Positions 62,125 to 64,000 of a stretch of DNA of 64,000 nucleotides are shown here, piece after piece. The translations under genes and the position numbers were made by a program. The stretch covers positions 243,779 to 307,778 of the forward strand of contig NW_005434651.1 in the NCBI RefSeq assembly GCF_000315625.1, written 5' to 3'. The stretch comes from Guillardia theta CCMP2712 (Eukaryota; Protista; Cryptophyta). Every line of letters begins with the position of its first letter. Within the stretch, counting starts at the first letter, position 1. Below the pieces are notes generated by a model. The model saw nothing but the letters and a program-made list of their open reading frames with translations. It made no database searches and was not told the origin of the DNA.

Positions 62125-64000
62125 TCACCATGACACGGTTGCCCGTTCATCAGCTAAGCTGGGCAGTCTCTCAGATGTTCCCTCCAAATGATAACTGAGT
62201 CCTGACTTGAACAACACGCGTTTGACAGTGATGAGGAGCTTCCATCTCGTTGCAGCTTTGTAAAAACATTTCACGAAACACGATGTGATTCTCAGCTTCA
62301 GATGCAGCACACAGAGAATCAAACTTTTGCATGCAAGCCCACATTGCCTCAACATGTCACAAGAATTGATCTTGCATCAAAATGACCACTCGTTGTCCTT
62401 GCTGTAATTTGTTGGAAACACGAGATCTGCGAAGAGCTTCCTTATTAACCTCAGTGAGCGATTGCTTCTGAAACATGCATGTCCGAATGATACTTTCCGT
62501 TTCTTTTGCAGCACCGTCATTGACCATCCAAAAACACTCAACAGGAATCGACACACTGTTACAAAAATCTTCAACTGTTTGTTCGGCAACAACGCTGACA
62601 ACATGAAACATCTCAGTGGTTTGCACTGGATGCTATGTCGCAAAATAAGCAGCAACGCGTTGCAAGGACGCCTTTCATTGCAACAAGGCTCCAAAATCCC
62701 TTCATGTCTCCTTTGAAATAAACTTCAAGGGGCAAAATTAGTTCTGGTTCATTCTCGTCAGAAGACGCCATTCGTGCACGCCCACCAATGCAATCAGGTC
62801 TTTCCATTCTCGGTAGCTTGGGTCTCTTGGATTAGTGCAGTACTGGAGGGAAGATACACATCCCAGAATTTCGCTGTTCAAAATGTTTTCACTCACATCA
62901 TAGCAATACTTGACATTTTCTACAGTATCATCCATGCATATCAAGGGGAAAGTTGCAAGCGAAAGCGGAGAATTCAAGTAGTCTTCTTGTTGCTGGATAA
63001 GTTTTTCAACGAACGAAATCACAACGGGATGAATTCAATTGAGCTGATGATCCAAGTCTTGTCCCGTCGAGAACGGCCGGCGGCTGCACGAGTCAGTGCA
63101 CCGCAATCCGATGATCGGACAAAGTATTAACAAAAGTCAGCTTGACAGGTCTACGGTACGGGCCCGGCGCCAGCTGCCAACACTTGACTGCAGCTCAAAC
63201 ACGGCATGCTTCATTGCAGGTTTGTGCCAGGCTTTCAATCTGTTGTCTTTATATTGAGGCAGGCAGTCAACGCGTTCTTTGAAACGATGCAGCACACTGC
63301 AACAGAGCAACCGCCATTGGGCCGGATAGACTTGTGAAAGTCTTTGCAGACAAGCTCAAGCCTTCACAGAAAGGCATCTAAGTAAGTGCAAGTGAAGAGC
63401 ACGAAGAAGCTATTGTTTTCTACAGACAACCCTGGTGAGCGACGACAATGCAAAGCACGCGAGTAACCTCTCGTATACTGGTTACACCTCGGAGTCCTTT
63501 AGATGCCTATTCTCCCTTTGCATGGTGTCATAGAAATTTCATCTTGTTGGTGTAGCATCTCAATACACTGCACTGCACCTTCCTGTGATCCAGTGGAGGT
63601 GCTTTTTAACGTCTGTTGCCGACGATAGCAACCCATGAAGCCCAGAGTTCGACAAGCATTCACACAAGACATGACGAAGTTACACGTACTTAATCCATGC
63701 ATGGTTAGCTGTTCTGCACACAAGATAAAATCTAGACTTTTTTTGTAGCATTCTTCGCGAAAAAAAACTCCTTTGCAGAGTTAAGAATTGCTCACAAAAC
63801 ACCGTTTGGAACAAGGAACATGAATTTATTTACATGTCAATATTGTACACTTTCATATTAGCAGTTCAATTTACATCACAATGTCATCTCCTCCCCTAGT
63901 GCGCTGACGATCACCGCCTTAGACTTGATCAGACGGATAGACCTCTCCAGGCACTCGAGCTGCTTCCTTCTCCACGACGACTGTTCGAGGCTCGAGATCC
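62125..64000 (-). CDS. Hypothetical multi-exon protein, probably extending beyond the window
   Basis: Series of coding-like minus-strand segments (e.g. LIQQQEDYLNSPLSLATFPLICMDDTVENVKYCY) separated by short gaps. No family recognised. Confidence 0.35.

Overview
Gene-dense, intron-rich eukaryotic nuclear DNA with no CRISPR array, rRNA or recognisable transposon. Very short (~45-50 nt) introns with CTGAC-type branch points, GC-AG donors and bipartite-looking presequences suggest a cryptophyte alga such as Guillardia theta (inference). From left to right: 3' part of a MATE transporter; a presequence-bearing multi-FKBP/TPR immunophilin; PYURF/preY; a spliced gene that reconstructs as a VDAC-like beta-barrel behind an ER-type signal peptide; two inverted tRNA-Lys(CTT) genes; a GT49-GT49-PL14-like fusion; SBPase; a head-to-head pair of collagen genes with three C-terminal lectin-like repeats; a GT13 (POMGnT1/GnT-I-like) transferase; two hypothetical genes; a ~18 kb single-pass surface protein (EGF, mucin, cadherin-like, IPT, REJ, GPS); a KOW-like protein; a histidine acid phosphatase; a divergent Rab8-type GTPase; a NIPA-type transporter; duplicated intronless kinases; and a partial hypothetical gene. 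Intergenic DNA contains recurring GC-rich palindromic islands flanked by GGGGTA/TACCCC tracts. Gene models were spliced by eye and family calls come from remembered motifs, not searches, so several termini are approximate.
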